The notes beneath the pieces were generated by a model. It was not told where the DNA came from, did no database searches, and saw only the letters and a program-made list of their open reading frames with translations. From Raillietiella orientalis (Eukaryota): DNA of 64,000 bases. Numbering within the stretch: position 1 is the stretch's first letter; the number at the start of each line of letters is the position of its first letter. Made by a program: the position numbers and the translations under genes. Shown here one piece after another: positions 46,085 through 59,882 of this stretch. Location: positions 1,984,001 through 2,048,000 of the forward strand of contig JAYWIR010000016.1 in NCBI GenBank assembly GCA_036172245.1. The letters run 5' to 3'.

Positions 46085-47715
46085 GTAAGCCATTTTCCTT
46101 CCTAGTCTAGGACCCTCCCTAACCCGGGGCCTCCTCCGTCGCTCCCGCGGCCTTTCCAGGGCGCAGCCCCGCACCGGAGATCGTCCGGGTCACCCGCGAG
46201 GGCCCCCGCCGAAGCCAGCGAGGGAAGCCGTGGCTCCCTGCTCGCCGTCCGGCCTTCGACGACCTCAGACCTCCCCCCCTCTTCCCCTCCCGGCGCATAC
46301 TGCGGCGTGCGGTCCGAGCTTTCCGTCCCGTTCGGGGACGAGCAGCGGCGAGAGCGCCGGCGGAAGGCGCGCGAGGGCGCATCATTGCTGGTTCCCGTGC
46401 GGTGGGAGTGCGTCCCGGCTCGGAGTCGGCCTCTTCTGGACACGGGGAGAGGCTCCGGTGATCGCCCTCCAGGGCGACGCGCAGTGACGATGCGTCCGGA
46501 CATCGCACCTGCGGCGGACCGCGGGGCGCGCGCGCCACGCAGCGGTCCGATGGACGGCGCGAACGCAGGCGATTGGCGCCGTTTCCGAGGCGGAAGCTCC
46601 GCTCCCGTTTCCTGCGTGAGGAGCGCTGAGGTCCCTCTCCCCCCCTCCCTTTCCTGGAGGGCAGCGTGGTGGACAGCAAGAGGCAAAGAAAAGATAGGAG
46701 TCCAGGGCGGCGAAGGTGGAGGCAGCTGTACGTTCACATGTATGTACAACATGTACGTACATCGCTACATCGCCATCCGAGGAAAGTTTCGTCCGAAGCG
46801 GGACCTGCCAGCTGCAGAGCAAACCCGAGATAAGGAAATTCTCTGCTCAGGGAGCCGAGTCTGATCCGGGGAGCAATTTATCAAAAGCGAGTCGAACACT
46901 CCCGGCGGCTTCCAAGATGGCAGCGGGCGCGGAAACCGGGAAGGGACGAGGGGAAGAGGAGCCCCAGCTCGGCTAGGAGGCATCCGGGTCTTATTTATTC
47001 ATTCGCATTTCTATTTGCTAATGCTGGATTCCTCGTCCCGTTCCCTCGGGCGCTGGGGCACGTCGTTGGGCTCGACGCCAAAAATCCCCGGTGCCTTCCT
47101 CCACGGTCACGGCACCGAAACGTCTTCAGGATCGATGGGGCTTCCCCCCGTTCTCCCTGTCTGGGAATATTCGGGAGTCGCGTTTCCCGCTCGGGATGAG
47201 GAGATTTCCCTGTTTCGGAAGACGGAGAAGACCGTTTCCCTTTATCGATCGACTATCGTGTGCGTAGCTCCCGAGCTAATTGCCTGTGAACTTGAAGCTG
47301 GATAATTATAGATCGATTGCGCTCTAATCTGGAGTCGCCGGGCATTCCTGGAAAGGCAGACGGGCCCCGGACAGCACCGGTGATTGGCACCTCCATTTAT
47401 AGATTCGATCGGCCGGCGATTGCATAAATTGACTCACGTTGGTGTTCATTCGGATTCGGAGGAGGGCGGCGGAAAAAGCAAACAAAAGAAAAAGAGAGGG
47501 GGGGGGGGGAGGACACACACCCGTGTTCACGTTCGCATATCGCCCGACATGAATCCTGCAAACGAATTTTGTGGCGGAACCCGGCTGCTGTTGATCCAAG
47601 GCTCCAGGGAAACGGTTCCTGGACGTGACCGCAACTTGCCCGAAGCCATCCAGCTCCTTCCGTCCGCGTCGCGTGTTGTGGAAGCGCGCATCGGGAAACC
47701 TTGTACTCGTTTTAG

Positions 47716-47877
47716 AAAAGCAGCCCCACTCAGTATTTCTGGTACAGAAACACCCTAAACATTTCCAAAGACATCAATTCACCTGGATCCTTCAATTGGT
47801 GGATTGCCTTGTGTCTAGTGCTGGCGTGGACACTGGTGTACCTATGCATGCTGAAAGGAATCGCTTCTTCGGGAAAG
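47716..47877 (+). CDS. SLC6 transporter, coding exon 5 (TM4)
   Basis: ttttag|KSSPTQYFWYRNTLNIS...CLVLAWTLVYLCMLKGIASSGK|gtacaa; YFWYR is typical of the SLC6A15-20 group. Confidence 0.95.
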
Positions 47878-48203
47878 GTACAATTCAAAGCTGCAAAAGC
47901 ATCGCATCCTCTTCTGAAGTCTTCTTGCTTGTGTCTGAAAAAAATGTTGCTCTCGTTGTGTAAGCTCTCTTCTTGTTATTGTGTGTCTTTCCTTAGATGA
48001 GATGTGAACGAAATAAACCGCCTCCCTCAGTGCTATTTGTGTGTTGTCCCAAATCCCTTTTTTGCATGCTGCCTCGAATGATTTAAGAACTGGGTGTAAC
48101 CGAGGTTGTTTGAATCCGTGTAAGCCTATGTTTTCCTCGAACATGTTGCAGACTGCTCCTGGATCACAGCTTCCCACGTTATCGGTATTTTTCTCTCTTG
48201 CAG

Positions 48204-48314
48204 GTAGTTTATGTCACTGCCACATTCCCCTATGTTGTCCTAATCATATTTTTCTTCAGAGGGATGACTTTAGAAGGACAGAAAGATGGAATTTTGCACT
48301 TCTTCACACCAGAG
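48204..48314 (+). CDS. SLC6 transporter, coding exon 6 (TM5)
   Basis: ttgcag|[37 protein letters not shown]|gtactt. Confidence 0.95.
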
Positions 48315-50380
48315 GTACTTGCGATTCTAACTCGCGTATGTTTTCAAAAAACAGGTTTCGAATCCTAACTGTCCGTCTGCTCTGGACCGAATGAGCTCCT
48401 GGGACAGTTGGGTGGTGGTTTCATCTGCAGGGTCCCGTGCCGAAGTCATTCCCGTCTGTCTTCCAGCTCGATTCCAAACAGCAGCGACTTCTAGGTGCTG
48501 TTTCATGGCGGGGGGCAGCTCCAAGAAGGAAAATACGCTACGGGATCCGCTCCTTGAACGGGAAAGGGGCGCTTGTTTTGGGACCACCCAGACAAGGCAG
48601 TGCGAGGAATGCGGTGGACTCCGGAGCCTCAGAAGCGTGCATCGAGAACCGGAGTCCCAGGAAGCACAGGCGCCCAGAGAGCCTGCTTGAGGCAGTATTG
48701 GGATATGATGAAGGACTGCAGGAAGGAAGAAGAAACGTGAGCCAGGGAAGTTTGCAAATTGTGCTGAGGAGGTTTTCTGGGACAGCATGAGCCGGTCAAA
48801 GTTCCGGGAGTTTTTTGAGGTTTACCATCAGGGGTGAGATGAAGTGGGAGGCCGACTGGCAGTCCCAATCCAGCAGTTTCCGTTCACTCGGGAAGAATGA
48901 GGATTCTTGCAAACCGTTACTCGATCAGTTTCCGAGGACCTTCCCTCCCCTTTTTATTCTTTGTCCTCCGGCACACGGAGGAACTCTGATTCAGGTACTA
49001 CCTCGAAGCGCAGTGGAGGCAAAAGCTCGAAATTCGGAGGAAACATTGAAGTGTTGTGCGCATGTGCGTTTCGCTCAAGAATCGAACCTCCACCAATAAG
49101 CCAACCGAGGAATTGAAGGAGAAATTTTGGGGTATCTGCCCCCCAAAATGAAACGTATGAAACGAATGGGGAGCCAAGCAGTTTCTCTCTCGCATAAGGA
49201 ATGGGTACTGCCTTTACCCGCCAAAAATAAAGACATCTCGAGTCTGAGACCACGGAAGAAGCCACCGTTGCTACGATCTTTCAGAGGGGTCTTTCTGCAG
49301 TTCCACTCGCGTCTCTTCCTTGATGACGAGTATGTCTCCTGGCCATGGCAGGCCGCAGCCCGAGAGAGAGTCCTGTTCCAGAGATAGAGGGAGTGCTGCA
49401 AAGGGCTTAGCTTCCTGACTTGGAAAAACGAGTCCGTCGAGAAGGCTTCAATTGACCTTTAAACCCCCCTTTGGAGGAGGTCGGAAGGGTCTACCAGAGG
49501 GAAATTTGCCGACGATGGCGAAGAGGACAATGAGCAGATGGTTTTCTCCCAGATATGGTATCGGGCGAAGATGGAGGAGGCAGCACTCAGACCAAGAGCC
49601 ATGGAACCGAGGATGACTCTTTGTGTTGTCCAGAAGAGAAGGCGAAAAGACAGTGGGGCACAGAGGATGATCGGGATGGCTGTGCTAACCTGCACTGAGG
49701 CCTGGAGTCCCGAGCAGGGGTAACAAGCGAATGCACATTATCAAATCGTGTCGCGGAACGGCCCGAAAGAGCCCGGCTTCTCTCTCGTGGCTGGCAGTCT
49801 CAAAGAGTCTCGGATCTGACTGTCACCGAGTATGCCAGGGGATCTCCTATCCGGAGCGCGTCTCAGAGTAGTCTGAGCGAGTAGAAGGATTAGGCCTTGT
49901 GATTTGGTAGGTGCAGACCCTGGAGCTTGGGGACTTCGAAGGAGTGGTCTGCAACCGCTCTCCGTCGTCAGAGGTTTCTCAGGGAAGCTGTGAAGCTGCC
50001 AGGAGCTTCTCACGAGGCTGCTGGCAGCTTCGTAGTTTCTCTGGAAGCTCGATATCGGGAATTCGATGGAGTTGGGTGACCATCTATCTTGGCACGCGGC
50101 GGAAGAGCAGGAGTGACTCTAGGAAAGAGATAGACCACGTCCAGGGGTAGCTTGTGATCGACGATCCGTGGATGAAGCAATGGAAGGGAAGCAGGAAAGA
50201 AGGATTGCAGGTTCTTTGCTTTTTTCACTCGGTTTCTTGAAGATCTGCCGACCCGACTTGGAGAATTTTGGATGGGCGGACTGCAGTCCTTCACGGGGAG
50301 CCTTTCTATATGTCCCGTCTGTTCCCTTGTGTCATGTCCGCAGGCGCGAGCTTAGCCGGGTGACAGCTTCCTGTTTCCAG

Positions 50381-50582
50381 TGGAATACACTGTTCGACCC
50401 TGTGGTGTGGCTGGAAGCCGGTACACAGATTTTTTTCTCCCTGGGGCTGGGATTCGGCGGTCTCATCGCCTTCTCCTCTTACAATCACGTGACATCTGAC
50501 TGCTTCAAAGATGCCATCGTCGTTTCCTTCACCAACTGCTTCACGTCGCTCTTCGCCGGGATAGTAGTGTTCTCCATCCTTG
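50381..50582 (+). CDS. SLC6 transporter, coding exon 7 (TM6-7)
   Basis: ttccag|WNTLFDPVVWLEAGTQIFFSLGLGFGGLIAFSSYN...NCFTSLFAGIVVFSIL(G)|gtaagc. Confidence 0.97.
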
Positions 50583-53500
50583 GTAAGCACGCGCATAGCT
50601 GGCCGATGCTGTTCTGCAGCGGCTGTCGGGTTCCCGCGAGCAAACCCAAAAGAAATTTGGTCCATTCAGCTGCCTGGACCTCTTCCAGGCGTGTGTCATA
50701 GGTTCATCCTCCCCCTCCTCCCTGCTTTCCTCGATTGCTCTGGATCCCGCTACTGTCTCCCTGGTGCGCATGGTACGCCTGCAAGACTTTACCTTATTCG
50801 AGTCTTTGCTTCTACGGAGATGCATGGGTGCCTGTGGGTTATGTAGGGAGAAAGGCTGGAGTAACGCTGTCCTGTCCCTCGCTTCGGTCGAAGGTTCCCA
50901 TGGCCTTCACGCTGCTTCCATGCCTTCGCGAGGATGGGCTGCTCGCAGGAAAGCGGCTCCACAAAAGGAGCAGTAAAAATGAACCTGGAAGACGGAATTT
51001 CGTGAACCTTCACCTCGTTCGCCTCCCACCAAGGGCGCGTTTGCAGGTGACGATCGCCCATCGCCTCGCCCCACGATTCAGTCCCCCTGGTTTCCGCTCC
51101 ACCTTCCCCTGTTCCCGCTTCCCGAGCTCGAGAAAACAGGAAGGCCACCACCATCCCTTTTTCTTAACGCCACGAGCGGGGTTCGTTCGCTTTGAGTTTC
51201 TCGTTGGTTCCTCCTGACCCAGCCTGTCGTCTGGATCAGAGGCGCGTCCGGGGATGCGGGAAGTCCTTTGGACTGTCGGCCTTGCGCCGCATCCTCTCCG
51301 TGGGACGGGTTCGGGAAGATCCCGAGACAGGTCTGACTGGACACGCTCTTGTCCTACTTCCTGCCTCCAGGATGGATCACTCACTCTTCCGGCACGTGCT
51401 TGAAGGATGGCTCGAAGGCTGCGACATCTTTCCACCTCCTTTCCCGGGAAGTTCATGCTGCAGATGGCTGGAGCGAACAGTTTCAGCATGTTCCGAAGGG
51501 AAGGCTTCAGGGAACGGACTCTCCTTCCTGGAACCAACAAGGAGCGTCCTCACGGAAGAGAAGGGGATCGACTCGACTCTCTCCAAAGAGGGGGAAGAGG
51601 CCGAGAGCGTCTCGCGAAAGGGGATCACGTCCTCCGAGGCGTTTCCCGGCTGAGCGCGAAATCTCCAGGAGAACCCAGAAATGGAAATGCGTTTGCCAAA
51701 ATCGTCTTCATCCTACTGGAGCAGCATCCTTTTGTTTCTTCCTGACGACCCGTCACTTCCTTTCCACCGCGTTGCTCTCCATTCCATTGCGAGTGGCGCT
51801 GTGCTTCTTGTTTCTGGAACGTTCCCGGGTTTCGCGGGCGCAGGCCATCGCAACACCGTTCCCGCCTTTTGCAGGAGGGCTGCATGCCCACCTCTGCCGA
51901 CCAGCCCTGCGCCTTGGGACGCTGCGGTAAAGAAAAGATACGCAGGGATCGTCCGGGAAGAACCGCACATTTCAGGGAGGAAAAAAAATTCTTACAAGAA
52001 CAATAGTGACAATCGAGGAAGGAGTCCATGGGGACTGCGGATCCTTCCCCGAGAATGAGAACATCGTGGTGCCATCACGACTCGGATATGTCTCGATCAG
52101 AGGACCGACTGGCGCCACGGGAATCGGATTCCAGGAGGACGGGGCTGATCCGAAATAGGTCGGGAAACGAAGCTGAGTGAATCTCGTCCTTGACGGAACC
52201 CTTGAATGCCAGAGCGCGCCTCTCGCCAAGGGGAAGATTCCTCTGGGATCGGAAGCGAGGCTGCGTGGCTGATCCCGGAAAGTTTGTCCTCGCTAACATG
52301 AGGACCTGTCCTCGTGTTTGTGGGGAGCGGGAGGTGAAAATTACCGGAATGATTCCCGTAACTAGGGAGCCTCAAAGAGGACCTAGAGGGAGGCTCCGAC
52401 CTGTAGTCTGAGCAGGGGTTTCCTGGAGCTGGATGGGAAGACTGGCGTTCCTCTCCTCCTACTGCATCCAGGAGCCACGCACGGGGGCGTACAGTGAGCG
52501 GGGGATGGGAGGGGAGGGAATGAGACATGCGCGGGAGAGCAACGCCGCAGTGCCCGGCCTTCTGGATCTCCAGACGAGGGTTCCCGCGAAGGATCGACCG
52601 GCCTCAGCGTGAGGAGGGAAGAGGTTACTCCAGCACGGGCCGAGGTCCCAGCGAGACTTTGGATGCAGGCGCAATCGGGTCAGCTCCCCTCCCCGTGACA
52701 CTTCCGTCGAACGCGAGCCGCTGCAACTTTTCCATCTCCCCCCTCCCCTGCCAGAGCGGCCCCGAGGCCCATGGAGAAACTGGACGACCGCAGATACCCC
52801 TCGGCCTTCCCCGTCCGCCGCGGCCCGCAACCTTTGGGCGCTCTAGTGTGACGTGGAGGAGGCGAAGGACCCTCGAGCAGCCGGCCAGCAGTCCAGTGCG
52901 CCACGGGTCCCGCAGCACGCGCCTCGGGCTGCGTCTTTGGTACTTGGCGAGCGGAGCAGTCTGAAGTTGCGGAAGACCAGCAAGAAGGGACGGCGCCGGA
53001 GAACAGGAGGCAGACGGGGACGTGGGACTTGTTGTCCCGTTGGAAGCTCGGACGCTCGCGGATACTCCTTCCCGGCTTTCTGGAAAAGAAAAAGAAAAAA
53101 AAAAAAGGAAGGAAGAGTTTCATCTGCTGCGTTCCTTCAGTCCAGCCGACGGCGACTTCCACCTGCAAAGGACCAAAGACTTTTCCTCCCGCTAATGAAA
53201 CGAAATCAACCCCGAAGTGAGGCGCGGGCCTACGGTGAGGGGAGGGTGGGAAGAGTTCTCTGGATTCGTCCCGGATTTTTTAGGCCCGTCACGGCCGCTG
53301 AAGGTTCCCCCAGGGAAGGAACTCCAAGATCCGTGGAGGACGACTTCCGGTGCAGATTTTATGAATCCCCGGGAAGGGGAGGAAGCGCGCGCAGCAAACG
53401 AAGCGCCCGAGAACGCGTCTCCCGGAAGTCACGAGGCGCGCCGAATGCAGCTCACCGCCTCGGCGGCAGGATCCTTCGGAAGGTGCTGCCACCTTCTTCC

Positions 53501-55976
53501 GATCGGGAGAGAGGAGGTGCTCTTCAAGGCCAGGCACACGTACGCCGCAGAGAGCCTTCTTTTCGGGACAGGAGGCGGGATCGTGGCTGCAAGGGAGAGG
53601 GAGGAGAGGGAGCAGCAGGAACCTTTTGGAGGCATGTCGCGCGCTTTCGCCAGCGGCGGCTCTGTCCGGCGGAGAGGACCCCCGGGTCGTGGACCGCCGC
53701 GGCCTCCCAGGCAGGGGCAAGCGCAAGGTAGTCAAGGGAACGGCAAGCCCCAAGCACGAAGATCGACCTCCGCGTATCGAATCTCATCCCCGAGCGCATC
53801 TTCCAGCGACAACCTCTCTCGTCACTTCGAGAACTCGGAGAAGCGCCAATCTGGCAGGACCATCAGGAGGTGTTCCGGGAGTGACACAGGCCGGAGGCGA
53901 TGCAGCGGCAGCGAGTCCTTCCCCACTTCGGTGAAGGAGCGGTCGCTGCCGACTTCGGGGGTCAGGTCGACGGGTGCGCGCAATCGCGTCCACGCTCTGA
54001 GCGCCACTCTTCTCCACGTGCTCAGCACTCAGGGGCTGCTCAGAGCCTCACCCGATCTGCAGATTAGGAGGGTTGCCACGGAGGCGGTGCAGTCATCCTC
54101 GCACCTCCTCGGAGGCTGCCGAAGAGACAGACGTTTCCAGCAGGAAACAGGGGAGGAGAGAGACCACCTCGCGTGTTGGAAGGCCGAGGGGGAGGAATCG
54201 AACGGGTTTCTCGCGATCCTCCGACAAGAGTCCGTGGACCCTAGGGGCAGAGCGGCACGCCTGCGGTCTAAGAGTTCCGTTCCGTCTCCGCATCATCCGG
54301 AGGAGCAGGCAGGAGGCTCCTGGAAAGGCCCCGCCGGCGGCCAAAGGACCGACCCACAGATCCTTCTGTAAGCATCTCCGTTCGCTGCAGCGCACGTGCC
54401 GAAGAGCGCCTCGAGGTGTTCTTCAGCAGCCCGAAGGGCGTGCGCCGGTCTCCGGCGGAGACGCGGTGCGCAGCGGGATGCTCCTCTTCATCTCACCAAG
54501 GAGACGACACGACGAGTTTGGTCGCCGCGCCGGTCTCCGTAGCGACCGATGTCCTCCCTACCTCCAGATCGCATCCCGAAGAGTTCTCCGGGATGCTGTC
54601 TCTTGCCAAGGTGGCCCTTGCATGTCCTTAAGAGGAGAGCACCCGCCCTCCTCGCACCGATCGCTGAGCCGGACACCAGGAGCAACGTCTCCGCTCCCGT
54701 GCCCGGCGCGCGCGTAAAGTGTCCTCTTCCGGTAGCGCGAACGCGGGAGTGAGCGAGAGGCATCCGGGCACGGCCGATTCCGGAATTCTCCTGGGGGAAG
54801 TTCGCGGTTCGCCTCTTTCGAGGTAAGTGAGCTCCTTGCCGGACTTCCCGGGTCAGCAAGAGGCTCTCTCCCCGAAGGAAGGGGGGGAACCGTGTCGCCG
54901 ACCGGGCGCTCGTGTGCTCTCCCCCCCCCCCTCTCCTCTTCTTGGGAGGAGCACTCGCTGCCGCATGGGGCATCTGCCGGCGGAGCTGAGTCTCCAGAAA
55001 CGGCTGCGCCCCCGCCCGCTCGGAAGATACGCCCACATCACAACGCCTCGGGAGTCCAGGCGGGAAGGAGGCGGAAGGGCTCGTCGCCGAATGGGAGGCG
55101 TCGCGGTCGGGACAGGCAGGAGGGAGTAGGTCCTTTGGGAGCCGAGTGCATGGAAGCCTCCGGGAGCCCCTCGAGCAGATCTCTTTCGCTCCCGATTTTC
55201 TCTTTTTTTCGGAGTCGGTTGCTTGGTGACCCTTTCGCGTCCTCTCCGGGCTCGGCCGAGCAGAGAAGCGGCTGCGCCGCCTCGCGACCCGCCTCGAGAA
55301 GTCGTGGCGCGCTGCACCCCAGACTCTCCAGAGCCCTCGAGGGATCGTTCGAGAAAATGTTGAGCTGGCCCTCGAGAAGAGGTTGTGGGGGTGGTGAGAG
55401 GCAGAGGGGGGGAGGCCAGCAGAAAAGTCCATCGAGGTCAATGCGAGGCGAAGCTCTCCGTCGTCTCCGGACCTCCATGGGCTGGTGGACCCGCGCCCCG
55501 GACGAGCGAGGAAGATCCATGCGGCTGATCATGCTGGCTCGGGCGGCAGAACGAAACGGGAAAACTTCTCCTCCCCACCCTCTTCCTTCCCGTCGTCCAC
55601 TCCGAGATGTCTCTTCCCTCCCCCTCATCCTCTTCCTCCCGAACGATTTCCACCCGTCGTCCGAGCTCCGCGGAGCAGGGGAGGAGCTGCAAGTGCGCTC
55701 CTTCCTGCTCTCCCTGTAGGTTTGTGCGTGGTTCTCAAGCCACTCCCGGATCTCTTCCGGGTACCCCCGACTGCCGAGAACGAGACGTTCCTCTCTCGCA
55801 GCCTCCTCTTCGCAGGATGACATGCTCCTGGAAGTCCTGCACGACGCGCAGTCCGAGGGGGGCCGGAGCTGGTACATGTTCCCTTCGTCCCTCCCCCATC
55901 CGCCTCAGCCTCCTCTTCGCGGACTGGGCGGGGCTCGGGGTCACTTGGAGCTCAGAGCGACTTCCTGTCTTTGCAG

Positions 55977-56119
55977 GGTTCAAAGCCCACCTGACGCACA
56001 TGACATGCCTGGAGGAGAGGAACGCGACGATGGCGCGCATCCAAAGGATGTCGGCGGAGGGCATCAACGTGTCCTCGGCGCAGCTTGCCCAGTGCAACCT
56101 CCAGGACGAGCTCGCCAAC
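55977..56119 (+). CDS. SLC6 transporter, coding exon 8 (long EL4)
   Basis: ttgcag|(G)FKAHLTHMTCLEERN...CNLQDELAN|gtacgt; GFKA..C...C.L..EL is the extended loop of SLC6A15-20-type transporters. Confidence 0.92.
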
Positions 56120-59100
56120 GTACGTAGGGTCTCCCTGCCTCTGGCAGTTCCGATGGCTCCACTGGGCTCCCCGGACGCATTCTCCTGGGGTCGGCAGGGG
56201 TTCGCCTCGCTCGAGCGCGCTCCAAGGCAACGGGCAAGGAAGGCCGGGGAAGGACGGATGGGAGAGGCCTCCTCATCTCATGGGTGACGCAGACACCTCA
56301 GCCTTCCTGGATCCTCGTCCTCTGAGCATGCGGGTGTCTACATGGCCTCCGGTTCAGCTGTTCCCTCCCCCAGCTGAACTGGGATTTTTCACCTCCCCCG
56401 CTCCTCCACCTGCTGGCTAACGCTTTCTCCGGGATTCGCACGGAGCAGGCGAACCCCCGGATACCAGCCAGGAGAGTGGGCGTCTCCGGTACGAGGGAAG
56501 TCGACTGCGTGGGATGCTGCGGCGGGGAACAGACGCTCCGGGACGCTGGCATCAAATCCTCCCCTCCTGCCCCCCCGACAGCAGGGGCAGCAAGGAAAGA
56601 AGGATGCAAACGAGAGTGGGGTGATCCCTCCTCCGCTGCTTCCAATACCCCGCAGAAATCACGCCTTGGATGCGCAGTCTCATGGCCTTCCGGTCACCCT
56701 GTGATTCCTCCCTCCCACGGGAAAGGGCATGCTGCCGCCGAGGAGTCCCGGATTCCCGCGCAGACAACTTCAGTCACGGCCTTCGATTTCGCTTCGAGAG
56801 GAACAACCGCCGACTGCCCTCTTCCCCTTCCACCGCCCCTTTCCCCCTTCAGAGTCTCTCCTCCTCATTTTGCTCCCTCAGTTTCTCCTTTCCTCCCTTT
56901 ACGGACCTCCCCGTCTTTCAGAACAGGCAGGTACCTTCCGGGTGCGGTGCTTTCGGACCCCCTCCGCTTTCCACAGTCTCCACTCCACTCACCCGTACGC
57001 GCAGAAAGGATCCTCGAAGGGCCACGCCGCCTCAGGAGGCCCGGTCTTTTGCCTGCCCTTTTTGTATCTCCTTCTCCCCGTACCTCCCACTGGAGTCGCT
57101 CCCTCCTCGATGTCGGAGGTATCCGGAACTCTAGAAGAGCCCTGGAGTTTCGGAGGTGACCGGGAGGGGAAATCCTCCCTGCTCCCTTCCCTCTCAGACG
57201 GCGCGGGGCAGTGCAGCCTCCGGATCCTCCGGGGTCACCAGCCAAGAGGAGGGAGGGCCAGGGAGAATCGGGATCCGCGAAAAGGATGCGACCGTCCCGC
57301 GAGCTCGTCCTGCTCTGAGATCCAGGGTTCCAAGAGGCGGAAGAACCCTTCTGGTGGCGCCTTGGGGACGAGGGTGGGAGTCGCTCTACCTCACGGCGAT
57401 CTCAGGAGGCGTTCTCTCGGATAAGGGCGGTAAGGGGAGCGTCCCGCGATCCCCGGAAGCGCGCGCTCTTCCCGGCGTCCGACGGCACCGGTCACCTCTG
57501 CAGCCGCGTCACTCGGAACGCCTCCTGGAGTAGTGGTGGGTCGCCTTGGACTGGGTGGAAGGAACTGCGCGTAAGGGCGAGTGCCGGAGATCGCGCGCAG
57601 CATCAGGGGGAAGCCCTGCGGATGATGCGGGGGTTCCGCCGAAGGAGAGGAGACCTTCCTCCCTTATGAAGCGAGTAAAGGGACGGGAATCGAAGGAGAG
57701 GAGCCCAGCCAGCATGGATCAGGACGAGTCGGAGTCGTTCGAAGCCGCGCAGGACACGGAAGGCTGCAGCCGGGAGGCGCTGGAAGGCGAGTGCCTCCCT
57801 CTCCCACCTTCTCGCGTGTCCTGGATCGGCTGCCCACCTTCCCGACGGGGCAGCCTCTCCCGAAAGGCTGCCACGGCCCGGAATCTCTGGATCCAGCATC
57901 CAGACTTTGACAGGACCTCTGGATAGAGGTCTCTCCCGGCAGTCCCGACAGCGCAGTCACCTGGAGGCGAGGGTCTGTGTCCCTCTGGGGGCTAGGGTGC
58001 CCGCAAGCACGCCTCTTCCTCTCTCTTGAGGTGCATCCCACGATGAGGGAGACGGGAAAGTAGCGCGCGGCGCGATCTGTCCCTTCCTCCTCCTGACTCT
58101 CCATTTCCCTGAGGGTCCCTCGCGCCGCAGCAGCTCCTATCCCGGGGTGCCTCCGGTTGGCTTCCACCGCGCGCGCGTGGCTCCACCTCCCTTTTCGGAC
58201 GAGACGGCTCGAGAGCTCTCCCGGGACTAGGGGAAGAGGAGGTTTCTCCCGTTCATTCCTGGACCTCTCCTGGAGATGAAGAGGGGTAGCTCGAGGTCCC
58301 TTCCTTACGGGACCGAGGTCCAGACTGCTCTCGACCGACGCTGATATGAACCTCAGGCATGAACGGTGGGATGTCCATGCCCTCCCGGCTTCCCTCGCGG
58401 GGTCGCGAGCTCGCGCCCTTCCCCGGACGATGGAAATCCTTGGGTTCTTCTTTTTCTTCTGCCTTCGCTGTTTATTCCTTCCAGCTTTTTTTTTTTTTTT
58501 TTAAGAGTTTTCTTTTTTTTGGTTCGCTACGTAACCTCAAGAGCCGGTCGCGTGCCTCGCGCCGCACGTGGCTCTTTTTAAACATTAAACACACGGTTTT
58601 GTTTCCACGCCTCTCCGCCTGCGGCAACCCGCAGGGGGGCGTGTAATTCTTCAGCGTAATTCTTCAGGATAAGGGACACCCCGGGATGAGGGTCCGCCCT
58701 ATGAATCCAGGAAGAACTCGGAGTTCGCTCCTCTCACGCTTGGAGAGGGATCCCCCGGAGGGGAGGATCGCACCTCCCACCCTGGTTGTCTCCGAAGGGG
58801 AACCTCGAAGGGAATCTCCTTCCTCATTCCCTCCGGAGGGACACTCCCTGGGAAGGGGGTGGTCCTCTCCATTTCAACTTCTCCGAAGGGAACCCGGAAA
58901 GGATCCACTAGTAGGAATTTCTTCTCCGGAGGGAGCCCTCAAGGGAACCGCTCCTGTTCACTCCTCTGAAGAGAACCCCGAAGGGACGCTTCCGAAACTC
59001 GGAAGGGGCGCTGCAGCTTCCCGCAGGGGGATCGCTCTCGCTTGCTTCCTTGCACTCTTCTGGAGAGGCGGCGACTCGGAGGGTCCCCCCGCAACAGAGG

Positions 59101-59677
59101 GGTCCGCTCCTTTAAACAACTGGAGAGGTCCCTGTGAAGACTCCTGCTCCATCTTAAACCGGAGGGGTCCCCACGGTGTGGGGGGTCCGCTCTCCGTCGC
59201 ACGACCGGAGGGGGAACTCCCCACTCCTCGAATCCTGGAAGGACCCGAAGACTCCCGTCGTTCCGTTCTTCATCGTGGGCCTCCGGTTTGGACCGCTACC
59301 GGTGCCGCGCCCGAATGATTAGGCCAACCAGCGCCATTGCAGGAGAAACTCGGCACCCAACGACGCAGTGGCGTCAGAGTTTCTGCCGAAGTATTCGAAC
59401 CCGCGACGCATGGTACCACAAGGCCTCCGACGCGGGAGAGGAGGCACTGGGGGAGATGGGGGGGGAAGGCATCCTGACGATGCCGACGCGCGTCCCGGAC
59501 GATGTTCGTAGGAGTCGCGGCTCCCGCCAGGAAGGAGGGCACCGAAGACGGGCAACAAATCCTCTAGGCAGAGGCGACGCCCCCACAGGGAGAAGGGGGC
59601 AACCTCCCCCTCCCCTCCTCCCCCCTGTAGTGTCGGGGGTCCTTCCTTCCCGCGATTCTGGATTCCTCTCTTTGCAG

Positions 59678-59882
59678 TCCGTCTCCGGGACGGGGCTGGC
59701 GTTCATCATCTTCTGCGAGGCCATCAACCAGTTCCCCAGCGTGCCGCAGCTCTGGGCGCTGCTCTTTTTCCTAATGCTCTTCACGCTGGGGATTGATTCC
59801 CAGTTCGGAACCCTAGAAGGCGTGGTGACGTCCATCGTGGACATGAAACTGTTCCCGAGATGCCCCAAGGAGCTGCTCACAG
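59678..59882 (+). CDS. SLC6 transporter, coding exon 9 (TM8); gene continues downstream
   Basis: ttgcag|SVSGTGLAFIIFCEAINQFP..WALLFFLMLFTLGIDSQFGTLEGVVTSIVDMKLFP..KELLT(G)|gttggt. No TM9-12 exon was recognised before the window end. Confidence 0.97.

Noticed and set aside
58645..58669. Short tandem duplication gtaattcttcag x2
   Set aside because: Only two units with no spacers; ordinary slippage, not an array.
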